From IMG/VR virus record IMGVR_UViG_3300016667_000212, positions 1 to 38,230 of that record: a DNA stretch of 38,230 nucleotides, one strand, 5' to 3'. Positions 26,181-35,756 of this stretch are shown here, in pieces. Under the pieces are notes generated by a model. That model was given only the letters and a program-made list of their open reading frames with translations, was not told where the DNA came from and did not search any database. The position numbers were made by a program, and so were the translations under genes. The stretch's first letter is position 1. Each line of letters opens with the position of its first letter. The stretch is from a virus (taxonomy: Duplodnaviria; Caudoviricetes).

Positions 26181-26975
26181 ATGAGTGACGCAAGTCAAAA
26201 CTTAGCGGAAGTTGAATCCGCGCAAGCCCCCGAGGTGACGGCCACCACGGATCAGGCACAAAATGCGCCGGAAGTCGCTGAACAGCAGCAGACGGAACAG
26301 CAAGTTGAGGAGAAGAAATTCACTCAAGCTGAACTCGATGCGATGATCAGCAAACGCCTCGCAAGAGAGCAACGTAAGTGGGAACGAGAGCAGAAGCTGC
26401 GCCAGCCAGAACCTAGCGCAACGCCCGCCGAGTTACCGCCGCAAGAGCAGTTTGAGAGCCCGGAAGCCTACGCGGAAGCGCTGGCCGAACGCAAAGCTCA
26501 ACAGCTGATCGCGCAGCGCGAAGCCCAGCGCCAGCAAGCTGAAGTTCTTGAGAGCTACCATGAGCGCGAAGAGGAAGCACGCAACAAGTACGACGACTTT
26601 GAACAGGTCGCCTACAACCCGCGCCTCCCGATCACGCAAGTGATGGCCGAGACGATCCAAGCCTCGGAAGTGGGCCCCGAAGTAGCGTACTACCTCGGAT
26701 CCAACCCCAAGGAAGCCGATCGCATCGCCCGCCTGTCGCCCTTCATGCAGGCAAAAGAGATTGGGAAGATTGAAGCCAAGTTGGTCGACAATCCCCCGGT
26801 CAAAAAATCGTCGAGTGCCCCAGCACCGATCGCGCCAGTTACCCCTCGGGGTGGCAACGCAAGGACTCTGGACACCACCGACCCGCGCTCCATCAAGGAG
26901 ATGTCGACGTCGGAGTGGATTGAGGCCGAGCGCCAACGGCAGATCAAGAAGTGGGAAGCTCAAAGAAACCGCTAA
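26181..26975 (+). CDS. Capsid scaffolding protein
   Basis: Acidic N-terminus, coiled coil, directly upstream of the coat gene; RBS AGGA before ATG 26181. Confidence 0.8.
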   Translation: MSDASQNLAEVESAQAPEVTATTDQAQNAPEVAEQQQTEQQVEEKKFTQAELDAMISKRLAREQRKWEREQKLRQPEPSATPAELPPQEQFESPEAYAEALAERKAQQLIAQREAQRQQAEVLESYHEREEEARNKYDDFEQVAYNPRLPITQVMAETIQASEVGPEVAYYLGSNPKEADRIARLSPFMQAKEIGKIEAKLVDNPPVKKSSSAPAPIAPVTPRGGNARTLDTTDPRSIKEMSTSEWIEAERQRQIKKWEAQRNR

Positions 26976-26996
26976 TTTTTTGAAAAGGAAATTGTC

Positions 26997-28205
26997 ATGG
27001 CAAACAGCCTGCTTACCATCGACATGATCACTCGCAAGGCCCTTGAGATCCTTGAGAACAATCTTGTCTTGACCCGCAACGTGAACCGTCAGTACGACGA
27101 CAGCTTCGCTGTCGAAGGTGCCAAGATTGGTTCGACCCTCCGTATCCGTCTGCCCGACCGCGCTCTGGTCACCGACGGCGCTGCCCTGCAAGTGCAGAGC
27201 GACAACGAACAGTACACGACCCTGACTGTTGCTTCTCAGAAGCACATCGGCGTGAACTTCACGTCTGCCGAACTGACCTTGCAGTTGGACGACTTCGCCG
27301 AGCGTGTGCTCAAGCCTCGTATCAGCCAGCTGGCCGCCAGCATCGACGCTGACGTCGCCAACTCGTTCAAGTACATCGGCAACTCTGTCGGCACCCCCGG
27401 CACCACGCCGTCCACCTCTCTGGTGCTGCTCCAAGCCCAGCAGAAGCTGAACGAAAACGCTGCGGTGATGAGCCCCCGCTATGCCACCGTCAACCCGGCC
27501 GCCAACGCTGGTCTGGTTGAAGGCATGAAGGGCCTGTTCAACCCCACCGACACCATCAGCCGCCAGTTCAAGAACGGCATGATGGGCATGGGCGTGCTGG
27601 GCTTCGACGAAGTCAACATGTCTCAGTCGATCAAGCAGTTCACCACTGGCTCGCGTACCGCCACCGGCGGCACCACCTCTGCTGCTGTGACCAGCGAAGG
27701 CGCAACCACCATCGCCATCACCGGCGCTGGCGCCAACGCCACGATCAAGCAGGGCGACGTGTTCACCGTGGCTGACTGCTATGCCGTGAACCCGCAGACC
27801 CGCGAGTCCACCGGCTCGCTGTTCCAGTTCGTGGCCGCCGCTGACGTGACCCTGAACGGCTCTGGTGCTGGCAACGTCACCGTGTCGCCGATCTACTCGT
27901 CTGCCAACGCTCTGGCAACCGTGGACAGCCTGCCCGGCAACAGCAAGGCAGTGGTGTTCTACGGCGCTGCTTCCAGCCAGTACGCCCAGAACTTGGTCTA
28001 CCACAAGGACGCAATCACTTTCGCTACCGCCGACCTGATGATGCCGCAAGGCGTCGACATGGCGTCGCGTCAAGTGCACAACGGCATCTCCATGCGTATC
28101 GTGCGCCAGTACGATATCAACAATGACCGTATGCCTTGCCGTATCGACGTGCTGTACGGCTACAGCGTGATCCGTCCTCAGATGGGCGTTCGCCTCTGGG
28201 GCTGA
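26997..28205 (+). CDS. Major capsid protein (P22 gp5-like)
   Basis: MANSLLT...ALEILENNLV...KIGSTLRIRLP; C-terminal RIDVLYG. Confidence 0.92.
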   Translation: MANSLLTIDMITRKALEILENNLVLTRNVNRQYDDSFAVEGAKIGSTLRIRLPDRALVTDGAALQVQSDNEQYTTLTVASQKHIGVNFTSAELTLQLDDFAERVLKPRISQLAASIDADVANSFKYIGNSVGTPGTTPSTSLVLLQAQQKLNENAAVMSPRYATVNPAANAGLVEGMKGLFNPTDTISRQFKNGMMGMGVLGFDEVNMSQSIKQFTTGSRTATGGTTSAAVTSEGATTIAITGAGANATIKQGDVFTVADCYAVNPQTRESTGSLFQFVAAADVTLNGSGAGNVTVSPIYSSANALATVDSLPGNSKAVVFYGAASSQYAQNLVYHKDAITFATADLMMPQGVDMASRQVHNGISMRIVRQYDINNDRMPCRIDVLYGYSVIRPQMGVRLWG

Positions 28206-28259
28206 TCGGCTCAGGGGGCTACGGCCCCCTTGTCAAACTCACTTTGAAAGGAATTCATC

Positions 28260-28646
28260 ATGGCAATCCCTAATGGCGCTGGTGGCTACCAGTACAGTGA
28301 CGGCAATCAGGGCGAACCCCTTCTGTTCGCTCAAGGCGCTCCTGCGGCTTACACCGCAGCCGCAACCCTGACTGCCGCCGATCTTTGCAACGGCATCATC
28401 ACCCTGACCAACGGCTCTGATCAGAACCTGCAACTGCCTCTGGCAGCAGATCTGGACAACGCCGTGTCTTCGGCCAACGTGAACACCGGTTTCGCGTTCT
28501 CTGTGATCGCTCTGGGCGCTGGCGGCGCTACCTTGACAACCAACACCGGCTGGACGCTGGTGGGCGTCACCAAGGTAACGGCCTCCAACCGCTACATTGC
28601 TCGCAAGACCGGCACCGGTACTTGGGCTCTGTATCAAGTGGCGTAA
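28260..28646 (+). CDS. Probable capsid decoration/auxiliary protein
   Basis: Follows the coat gene; strong RBS GAAAGGA; Ala/Thr/Gly beta-rich. Confidence 0.6.
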   Translation: MAIPNGAGGYQYSDGNQGEPLLFAQGAPAAYTAAATLTAADLCNGIITLTNGSDQNLQLPLAADLDNAVSSANVNTGFAFSVIALGAGGATLTTNTGWTLVGVTKVTASNRYIARKTGTGTWALYQVA

Positions 28647-28687
28647 TTTGCGGGGGCTTCGGCCCCCGTCATTGAAAGGACACCACC

Positions 28688-29005
28688 ATGCCTAATACCA
28701 AAGCAACCGGCGTCGCATACAGCGACCCACAGTTCGACAGTTTGACCGTTACCGGCCCGTCGGCATTGGCAGCTGTGACCGCTACCTCGGTCACCACTTC
28801 CGGCGCCGTCAGCAGCACCGCCACAAACGGTGCAGCCGTTGCCAACGGTACTGCCGCGCTGTACTTTCTGACGAGCGCCATCACGGCCAACTCGACCACC
28901 ACCACCGCGCCTGTTGGCTCGCTGGCTACAACCACCAACGCCACTGGCCTTGGCAAGCTGTTCATCTCGGACGGCACCAAGTGGCAGTATCCTGTTGTTG
29001 CTTAA
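28688..29005 (+). CDS. Probable virion decoration protein
   Basis: RBS GAAAGGA; Thr/Ala-rich; GKLFISDGTKW. Confidence 0.55.
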   Translation: MPNTKATGVAYSDPQFDSLTVTGPSALAAVTATSVTTSGAVSSTATNGAAVANGTAALYFLTSAITANSTTTTAPVGSLATTTNATGLGKLFISDGTKWQYPVVA

Positions 29006-29036
29006 ACGGACGGGGGCCTCGGCCCCCGCTTAAATC

Positions 29037-29270
29037 ATGGCAGTCATCTACCTCCAACACCCCAAACACGGCGCCAAAGTTGCAATTTCGCAGCAGGAAG
29101 CCGACAATGACATGCAGAACGGCTGGGAAGAGTTCGACCCGACCGAGGCTGTCAACGAATCGCCAGCCCCTGACGCTGAAAAGGCTTTTGCAGACGGCAA
29201 AGACGAGGTGACAGACGTTGTCAACGAGCTGCCGCGCCGTCGCGGTCGCCGCCCTGTGGAGACTGAATAA
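29037..29270 (+). CDS. Hypothetical protein (77 aa, C-terminal RRRGRRP)
   Basis: Usual position between capsid genes and the head-completion gene; TAATG coupling. Confidence 0.65.
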   Translation: MAVIYLQHPKHGAKVAISQQEADNDMQNGWEEFDPTEAVNESPAPDAEKAFADGKDEVTDVVNELPRRRGRRPVETE

Positions 29271-29989
29271 TGACAACCACTGCCAGCGCCGGTGAACTGA
29301 TCAAAGGTGCGTTGCGCCTGATCGGCCAGTTGGCCGAAGGGGAAGAGCCCTCGGCCGACACCATGCAAGACTCCATCATGGCGATGAACCAGATGATTCA
29401 GTCTTGGGACACCGAGCGACTGTCAGTGTTTGGCACGCAAGATCAGGTCTTCTTGTGGCCGGCCTACGAGAAGACCCGCACCATCGGCCCGACCGGCGAT
29501 TTCGTCGGCCAGCGCCCGATCGAGATCGACGACGCCACCTACTTCAAAGATCCGCAAAGCGGCCTGTCGTTTGGCGTCAAACTGATCAACCAGCAGCAGT
29601 ACGACGGCATCGCGTTCAAGACCGTGACGTCGACGTACCCGCAAGTGCTGTGGGTCAACAACTCTTTCCCCGACATGACGATGACCATTTACCCGGTTCC
29701 AATCAAGGAGCTGGAGTGGCACATCATCTCGGTAGAAACCCTTAAGGAGGTGGACAGCGTCGCCACCGACATGTACTTCCCGCCCGGGTATCTGCGCGCC
29801 TTTCGCTACAACTTGGCGATGGAGCTGGCGCCCGAGTTTGGCGTCGAGCCGTCGCCGCAGGTCGTGCGCATCGCGATGACCAGCAAGCGCGACCTCAAGC
29901 GCATCAACAATCCGGGTGACCTGATGGCGATCCCGTACCCGATCGTGGCGACCCGCCAGCGTTACAACATCTACGCCAACAACTTCTGA
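29270..29989 (+). CDS. Head-completion/adaptor protein (P22 gp4-like)
   Basis: LIKGALRLIG...GEEP..D.MQD....MNQM..SW; YNLAMELAPEFG. Confidence 0.75.
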   Translation: MTTTASAGELIKGALRLIGQLAEGEEPSADTMQDSIMAMNQMIQSWDTERLSVFGTQDQVFLWPAYEKTRTIGPTGDFVGQRPIEIDDATYFKDPQSGLSFGVKLINQQQYDGIAFKTVTSTYPQVLWVNNSFPDMTMTIYPVPIKELEWHIISVETLKEVDSVATDMYFPPGYLRAFRYNLAMELAPEFGVEPSPQVVRIAMTSKRDLKRINNPGDLMAIPYPIVATRQRYNIYANNF

Positions 29990-31422
29990 TGAAAACGCCG
30001 ATCCTTGGAGCCACCTACGTCACGCGTTCGGTGAACGCGGCCGACGCGCGGATGATCAACCTGTTTCCCGAGATCATCCCGGAGGGTGGCAAAGAGCCGG
30101 CGTTTTTGATGCGCGCGCCCGGCCTGCGCAAGCTGACCGAGGTTGGCACCGGGCCTGTTCGGGGCCTGTGGCAGCTGGGCGACTACCTGTACGTCGTCAG
30201 CGGCAGCACCCTGTACAAGGTCAGCAAGACCTACGTTGCCACGGCGCTGGGCACGATCGCCAACACACCCAACCCTGTCAGCATGGCCGACAACGGCACG
30301 CAGATCTTCATCGCGGCCAACCCGCAGGGTTACATCTACAACACGACCACGAACGTCTTCCAGCAGATCACCGACCCGGATTTCCCCGGCGCGGTCAATG
30401 TCGGCTACATCGACGGCTACTTCGTGTTCAACGAACCCAACAGCCAGCGTTTCTGGGTCACCAGCCTGCTGGACGGCACCTCGGTCGACCCGCTGGACTT
30501 TGCCAGCGCGGAAGGCTCTCCTGACGGCATCGTCGGCCTGATCGTCGACCACCGCGAGGTATGGCTGCTGGGCACCAATTCGGTCGAGGTCTGGTACGAC
30601 GCCGGCCTGCTCGACTTTCCGCTCCAGCGCATCCAAGGCGCTTTCAACGAGATCGGCTGCGTGTCGCCGTACTCGATTGCCAAGCTGGACAACGGCATTT
30701 TCTGGCTGGGCCAAGATGCTCGCGGCCAAGGCATCGTCTACCGCGCCAACGGCTACACCGGCCAACGCATCTCGACGCACGCTGTCGAGTGGCAGATCCA
30801 GCAGTACGGCAATCTGTCGGACGCGATCGCCTACACCTATCAACAGGATGGTCACAGCTTCTACGTCCTGATCTTCCCGTCGGCCAACACGACGTGGGTC
30901 TACGACGTCGCCACGCAGGCGTGGCATGAGCGCGCCGGCTGGAGCAACGGCAACTGGACACGCCACCGCAGCAACTGTCAGGTGTTCTTCAACAACATGG
31001 TCGTCGTCGGCGACTATGAGGACGGGCGCATCTACGAGTTCGACCTTGACTACTACAAGGACGACGACGCCATCCAGCGCTGGTATCGGACGTGGCGCGC
31101 GCTGCCCACCGGCGCCAACAACCTCAAACGCACGGCCCAGCACAGCCTCCAGCTCGACTGCGAGACGGGCGTTGGCCTGAACGACGGCCAAGGCGACGAC
31201 CCGCAGGTCATGCTGCGCTGGTCGGACGACGGCGGCCACACATGGTCGTATGAACACTGGAAACAGATGGGCAAGATCGGCCAGTACGGTTTCCGCACCA
31301 TCTGGCGCCGGCTGGGCATGACCACCAAAATTCGCGACCGCGTCTACGAGCTGTCGATGACCGACCCGGTCAAGATCGCAATCATGGGCGCCGAGCTGTA
31401 TGTGACGCCCACCGATGCCTAA
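29989..31422 (+). CDS. Packaged-DNA stabilisation / tail hub protein (P22 gp10-like)
   Basis: INLFPE, PGL..., VSMADNG, DGYFVF, FASAEGSPD, MLRWSDDGGHTW, WRRLG. Confidence 0.85.
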   Translation: MKTPILGATYVTRSVNAADARMINLFPEIIPEGGKEPAFLMRAPGLRKLTEVGTGPVRGLWQLGDYLYVVSGSTLYKVSKTYVATALGTIANTPNPVSMADNGTQIFIAANPQGYIYNTTTNVFQQITDPDFPGAVNVGYIDGYFVFNEPNSQRFWVTSLLDGTSVDPLDFASAEGSPDGIVGLIVDHREVWLLGTNSVEVWYDAGLLDFPLQRIQGAFNEIGCVSPYSIAKLDNGIFWLGQDARGQGIVYRANGYTGQRISTHAVEWQIQQYGNLSDAIAYTYQQDGHSFYVLIFPSANTTWVYDVATQAWHERAGWSNGNWTRHRSNCQVFFNNMVVVGDYEDGRIYEFDLDYYKDDDAIQRWYRTWRALPTGANNLKRTAQHSLQLDCETGVGLNDGQGDDPQVMLRWSDDGGHTWSYEHWKQMGKIGQYGFRTIWRRLGMTTKIRDRVYELSMTDPVKIAIMGAELYVTPTDA

Positions 31423-33841
31423 CAATCCAACCAACATCACCAACATCACGCCGCCGCGCGTTCCGTTGACGGATCAGCGCACGGGGCTGGTGTCGCGTGA
31501 GTGGTATCGCTTCTTCCTGAACATGTTCCAGCTGGTCGGCCAAGGCCAGAACCAGATTTCGCTGCTGGACGTTCAGTACGGGCCCCCGGGTGGCACGGCC
31601 AACCCTTCCGACACCGGCAACCCCAGCATCGCGCCTGATCCGTTGCCGGGCGAGCTGCTGTCCACCACCGCAGAGATGCAAAAGCAGATCTACGGGCTGG
31701 AGATGGGCGCCAAGCCACAGCTGGGCACCATGGCGCAGCTTCAGCAGGCGTGGCTTCCATGGGTGACCTACGACACCGCGCCAGAGTTCACGCCGCCCAA
31801 TGTGGGCACCGTGGCGTGGGACGGCGGCACAACGCTGGGCGTTCAGATGACGACCAACGTGTTGGGCCGCGTCAACGAGTCGGGTTACTATTACATCAAG
31901 GCCAGCAGCGCCATCACCAAAGGTCAGGTGATCATGTTCACCGGCGCTGTGGGGGCTTCGGGTGTGCCCACTGGTGCGCCAGCCACCGGCGTGACCGACG
32001 GCAGCTACATCATGGGCATCGCCGCCGAGTCGATTGCGCTCAACGGCTTCGGTCTGGTGCAGTTCATCGGTACGCTGCGCGGCGTCAACTTGTCGGCCTA
32101 CGCCGACGGCGACATCCTCTGGTACAACCCGGCCGTGGCCGGCGGCCTGACCAAGACCAAGCCCAGCGCGCCCAATGTCAAGGTGCAGATGGCTGCCATC
32201 ATCTCGGCGGCCAACAACGGCACCATGCTGATCCGTGTCACAGCCGGCTCTGAGCTGGGCGGCACGGACAGCAACGTGCAGTTTGGCACGCTGGCGACCA
32301 ACGACCTGATCCAATACAACGGGACGTACTGGACGAACGTGACGCCGTCCAGCGTCGCAATCGGCACGGCCACCAATCTGGCTGGCGGCGCTGCCGGCTC
32401 GGTGCCGTACCAAAGCGCGGCCAACACCACGACGTTCTTGGGCATCGGCACTGCCGGCCAGTTCCTCAAGGTCAACTCGGGCGCCACCGCACCGCAGTGG
32501 GCCAGCCCCGCAGCCCTGACGAAAACTGACGACACCAACGTCACGCTGACGCTTGGTGGCAGCGCCAGCACGGCCCTGCTCAACGCCGCGTCGCTGACGC
32601 TGGGCTGGACAGGTCAGCTAGGGTTAACCCGAGGCGGCACAAATGCCAGCCTGACCGCGTCGGCCGGCTCGGTCGTCTATTCGACCGCCAGCGCGCTGGC
32701 CGTCAACACCGCCGGCAGTTCAGGCGATTGGCTCAAGAGCGGCGGCACCGGCGCGCCGGTCTGGACGTCGCCGGCTGCGCTGACCAAGACCGACGACACC
32801 AACGTGACCCTCACGCTGGGCGGCAGCGCCAGCACTGCGCTCCTGAACGCCGCGTCGCTGACGCTGGGTTGGACGGGTCAGCTGGCGGTAAGCCGTGGCG
32901 GCACGGGCGTCAACACGACGCCGGCTAACGGCCAGCTGCTGATCGGCAACGGCACCGGCTACACCGTTGCCAACCTGACTGCCGGCAGCGGCGTCAGCAT
33001 CACCAATTCGGCCGGCGGCATCTCGATTTCGGCCACCGGCACGGGCGGCACGGTCACCAGCCTCTCGGTCGTGTCGGCCAACGGCTTTGCCGGGTCGGTC
33101 GCCAACGCTTCGACGACACCGGCCATCACCATCTCGACCAGCATCACCGGGCTGCTGTACGGCAACGGCACGGCCATCGCCGCTACTACCGTCAGCGCGC
33201 CCCTGACGTACTCGGCCGGCACGCTGGCGATCACGCAGGCCACCACGTCGACCAACGGCTACCTGTCGTCCACCGATTGGAATACGTTCAACAACAAACA
33301 GCCGGCGGGCACTTACGTCACTTCGGTCACAGGTACGTCGCCGGTTGTGTCCAGTGGTGGCACAACGCCCGCGATCAGTTTGGCGTCAGGGTACGGCGAC
33401 ACGCAGAACCCGTATGCCAGCAAGACGGCCAATTACTTTTTGGCCGCACCCAACGGCAGCGCAGGTGCTCCGACGTTTCGCGCCATTGTGGCCGCCGACA
33501 TCCCGTCGCTGCCCTACCAGCCGACGCAGGCTCCGGTCACCTACACAGCCAACTTTTCCGTGGCGGCCACGGACGTTTGGATCATCAACAACAAGTCTGG
33601 ATCGAGCTGCACGGCCACGCTGCCGACGGCGTCCAGCTATTCTGGCCGCGTCCTGCGTTTCCAGAACTATCAGGCTCAGACGCTGGTTTCTGCGTCCAGC
33701 AACGTCGTCCCTATCGGGGGCGGCGCCGCCGGTACATCGATTCTGCTGGCGAGCGCCGGCGATCAGTGCACCTTGGTTTCTGACGGAACAAACTGGATAA
33801 TGATGCAGTACATCCCCAACAACATTTTGTTGCTTGAATAA
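31415..33841 (+). CDS. Long tail needle/fibre protein
   Basis: PPRVPL.D.RTG.VSREWYRFF N-terminus at the P22 gp26 position; Gly/Thr/Ser-rich fibre repeats; internal duplication. Confidence 0.75.
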   Translation: MPNNPTNITNITPPRVPLTDQRTGLVSREWYRFFLNMFQLVGQGQNQISLLDVQYGPPGGTANPSDTGNPSIAPDPLPGELLSTTAEMQKQIYGLEMGAKPQLGTMAQLQQAWLPWVTYDTAPEFTPPNVGTVAWDGGTTLGVQMTTNVLGRVNESGYYYIKASSAITKGQVIMFTGAVGASGVPTGAPATGVTDGSYIMGIAAESIALNGFGLVQFIGTLRGVNLSAYADGDILWYNPAVAGGLTKTKPSAPNVKVQMAAIISAANNGTMLIRVTAGSELGGTDSNVQFGTLATNDLIQYNGTYWTNVTPSSVAIGTATNLAGGAAGSVPYQSAANTTTFLGIGTAGQFLKVNSGATAPQWASPAALTKTDDTNVTLTLGGSASTALLNAASLTLGWTGQLGLTRGGTNASLTASAGSVVYSTASALAVNTAGSSGDWLKSGGTGAPVWTSPAALTKTDDTNVTLTLGGSASTALLNAASLTLGWTGQLAVSRGGTGVNTTPANGQLLIGNGTGYTVANLTAGSGVSITNSAGGISISATGTGGTVTSLSVVSANGFAGSVANASTTPAITISTSITGLLYGNGTAIAATTVSAPLTYSAGTLAITQATTSTNGYLSSTDWNTFNNKQPAGTYVTSVTGTSPVVSSGGTTPAISLASGYGDTQNPYASKTANYFLAAPNGSAGAPTFRAIVAADIPSLPYQPTQAPVTYTANFSVAATDVWIINNKSGSSCTATLPTASSYSGRVLRFQNYQAQTLVSASSNVVPIGGGAAGTSILLASAGDQCTLVSDGTNWIMMQYIPNNILLLE
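32504..32884 (+). repeat. Intragenic duplication of a 39-aa unit (117 bp x2, 264-bp period)
   Basis: SPAALTKTDDTNVTLTLGGSASTALLNAASLTLGWTGQL at 32504-32620 and 32768-32884. Confidence 0.95.
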
Positions 33842-33850
33842 GGAGCCGCC

Positions 33851-34189
33851 ATGGCAGTCTATGTAAAAGTTCTCATCCCTGCGAAGATCGCCGAGGCGTC
33901 TCAGACCACGCAATACACCGCGTCGGGTGTCACCACGATCGTCGACAAGTTCACCGCGACGAATTACGGCGCCGCCGCCGCGTCGATCAGCGTCAACGTC
34001 GTCACCACGACCGACACCGCTGGCAACCAGAACTTGATCGTCAAACAGAAGACGCTCCAGCCTTCCGAGACGTACACGTTCCCCGAAATCGTCGGCGTCG
34101 CTCTGGAGCCGGGCGGCTTCATCTCGACCTTGGCCGGCACGGCCAGCTCGATCAACATTCGTTCCAACGGGCGCGAGATCACATCGTGA
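33851..34189 (+). CDS. Small beta-sandwich virion protein
   Basis: RBS AAGGAG; TIVDKFTATN, ETYTFPE..G..LEPG. Confidence 0.7.
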   Translation: MAVYVKVLIPAKIAEASQTTQYTASGVTTIVDKFTATNYGAAAASISVNVVTTTDTAGNQNLIVKQKTLQPSETYTFPEIVGVALEPGGFISTLAGTASSINIRSNGREITS

Positions 34190-35058
34190 GCGACTTGATG
34201 ACCACAGGCCAACAGGCGCTCGCTCTGGTCGCTCAGATGGAGAACGCCGAGAAGGAGCTGCTGCAACATCCGCAGGCAGACTGCCCTGTGGTTCATCACT
34301 TTGGCCCCGGCGTCTGCATCCGCGAGGTCTTCATGCCGGCCGGCACGCTGGCGATCGGGCACAAGCAGAAGTACGAGCACCTGAACCTGATGCTGCGCGG
34401 CAAGGTCATGGTCATCAACGACGACGGCACCGCGCACGTCCTGAGCGCGCCCATGATCTTCGTCGGCAAGCCCGGGCGCAAGATTGGCTACGTCCTTGAG
34501 GACATGGTCTGGCAGAACATCTACGCCACCGACCTGAAGAACCCCGACGACGTCGAGGCGTACTTCATCGAGAAGAGCGAAGATTGGCGTCTCGACCATG
34601 AGGCAAAATTTGCCGCCGAACAGACTGCCCGCGCCGCCGACCGTGTCGATTATCTGACGCTGATCGAGCAGGGCGGCTTTGACCCAGAGGTCGTGCGCCA
34701 GCAGGTCGAAAACCCCGACGATCAGATCTGGATCGACAACGCCATCACTCGGGTGTCCGAGTCGCCCATTCAGGGCAAGGGCCTGTTTGTCACCCACCCC
34801 GTCAAGGCCGGCGACGTCATCTGCCCGGCCCGCATCGACGGCATGCGCACGCAGGCCGGCCGATTCACCAACCATTCTTTGTTCCCCAACGCTAAAATGG
34901 TCGCCAAACCAAACGGGGACGTTGACCTAGTTGCTCTTGTCGATTTTGAGGGCTGCAAAGGCGGGAGTATTGGAATCGAGGCAACCATCGATTACCGTCA
35001 GGCGCTGGCGCTTTCGGGCATCGAACTGAACAAACAGGAGTCACTATGTCTGGAATAG
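34186..35058 (+). CDS. Cupin-like plus SET-domain fusion protein (putative protein-lysine methyltransferase)
   Basis: N-terminal HHFGPGVCIREVFMPAGTLAIGHKQKYEHLN cupin-like motif; C-terminal SPIQGKGLF (34774-88), GRFTNHSLFPN (about 34858-34890) and GIEATIDY (to 34995) match SET motifs GxGxF, RFxNHSxxPN and GEELTxDY. Confidence 0.8.
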   Translation: MSDLMTTGQQALALVAQMENAEKELLQHPQADCPVVHHFGPGVCIREVFMPAGTLAIGHKQKYEHLNLMLRGKVMVINDDGTAHVLSAPMIFVGKPGRKIGYVLEDMVWQNIYATDLKNPDDVEAYFIEKSEDWRLDHEAKFAAEQTARAADRVDYLTLIEQGGFDPEVVRQQVENPDDQIWIDNAITRVSESPIQGKGLFVTHPVKAGDVICPARIDGMRTQAGRFTNHSLFPNAKMVAKPNGDVDLVALVDFEGCKGGSIGIEATIDYRQALALSGIELNKQESLCLE

Positions 35059-35747
35059 CAACCGCAATCGTAGGCGGCGCCGTCATCGGCGGCATCGCAT
35101 CGAACAAGGCGGCCAGCACGGCCGCCAGCGCCACTGAAAACGCGGCCAACACGGCTGCGGCGTCTCAGGAACGCATGTTCAACAAGCAGGTTGAACTGCA
35201 AGAACCATGGCGCCAAGCCGGCGTTAATGCGCTGGCGCAGTTGGGCACTGGCTTCAGCGGGCAAGTGGATCTGACTCAAGACCCCGGCTACGCCTTCCGC
35301 ATGTCCGAGGGTCTTAAAGCGCTCGACCGCAGTGCAGCTGCACGCGGCGGTCTGATGTCCGGCTCGGCCCTGAAGGCCGCTGAACGCTTCGGCCAAGACT
35401 ACGCCTCGCAGGAATACCAGAACGCCTACAACCGCGCGCTGACCAAGTACAACACCACGGCCGCGCTGGCTGGCGTCGGCCAGACCGCCACGAACGCGCT
35501 CACCGGCGCCGCTGGCAACCTTGGCAGCAACTTGGCGCAGCTGCAATACGGCGCAGGTCAGTCGGCTGGCGCTGCCCGCGCTTCCGGCTACATGGGCATG
35601 TCGAACGCGCTGACCGGCGCCATCGGCAGCGGCCTGAACTACTACCAGAACCAGAACTTGTTGAACCGGCTGCTGCCACAGCAGACAGGTGGCGGCGGCG
35701 CAACGTACCCGTCGATGGCTGTCGACCCCTACGCCAACATCGGTTAA
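35046..35747 (+). CDS. DNA-ejection protein (P22 gp7-like)
   Basis: Gly/Ala N-terminus, PWRQAG..AL, DPGYAFR..EG, AAARGGL.SG..LKA. Confidence 0.75.
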   Translation: MSGIATAIVGGAVIGGIASNKAASTAASATENAANTAAASQERMFNKQVELQEPWRQAGVNALAQLGTGFSGQVDLTQDPGYAFRMSEGLKALDRSAAARGGLMSGSALKAAERFGQDYASQEYQNAYNRALTKYNTTAALAGVGQTATNALTGAAGNLGSNLAQLQYGAGQSAGAARASGYMGMSNALTGAIGSGLNYYQNQNLLNRLLPQQTGGGGATYPSMAVDPYANIG

Positions 35748-35756
35748 GGAGCAGAC

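Larger units (their letters stand above)
28213..29028 (+). repeat. Three near-identical intergenic hairpins GGGGGC-nnCG-GCCCCC
   Basis: 28213-28230 (TACG loop), 28651-28668 (TTCG), 29011-29028 (CTCG), each just after a stop codon. Confidence 0.85.

Noticed and set aside
26433-28079. Long antisense ORFs (548 aa here; also 29971-31449, 20254-21273, 5421-6389, 8063-9001)
   Set aside because: They mirror well-supported genes; GC-rich codon bias suppresses stops on the opposite strand; no motifs or RBS
32504-32884. Possible diversity-generating retroelement template/variable repeat pair
   Set aside because: Differences are all synonymous and not adenine-specific; no reverse transcriptase gene
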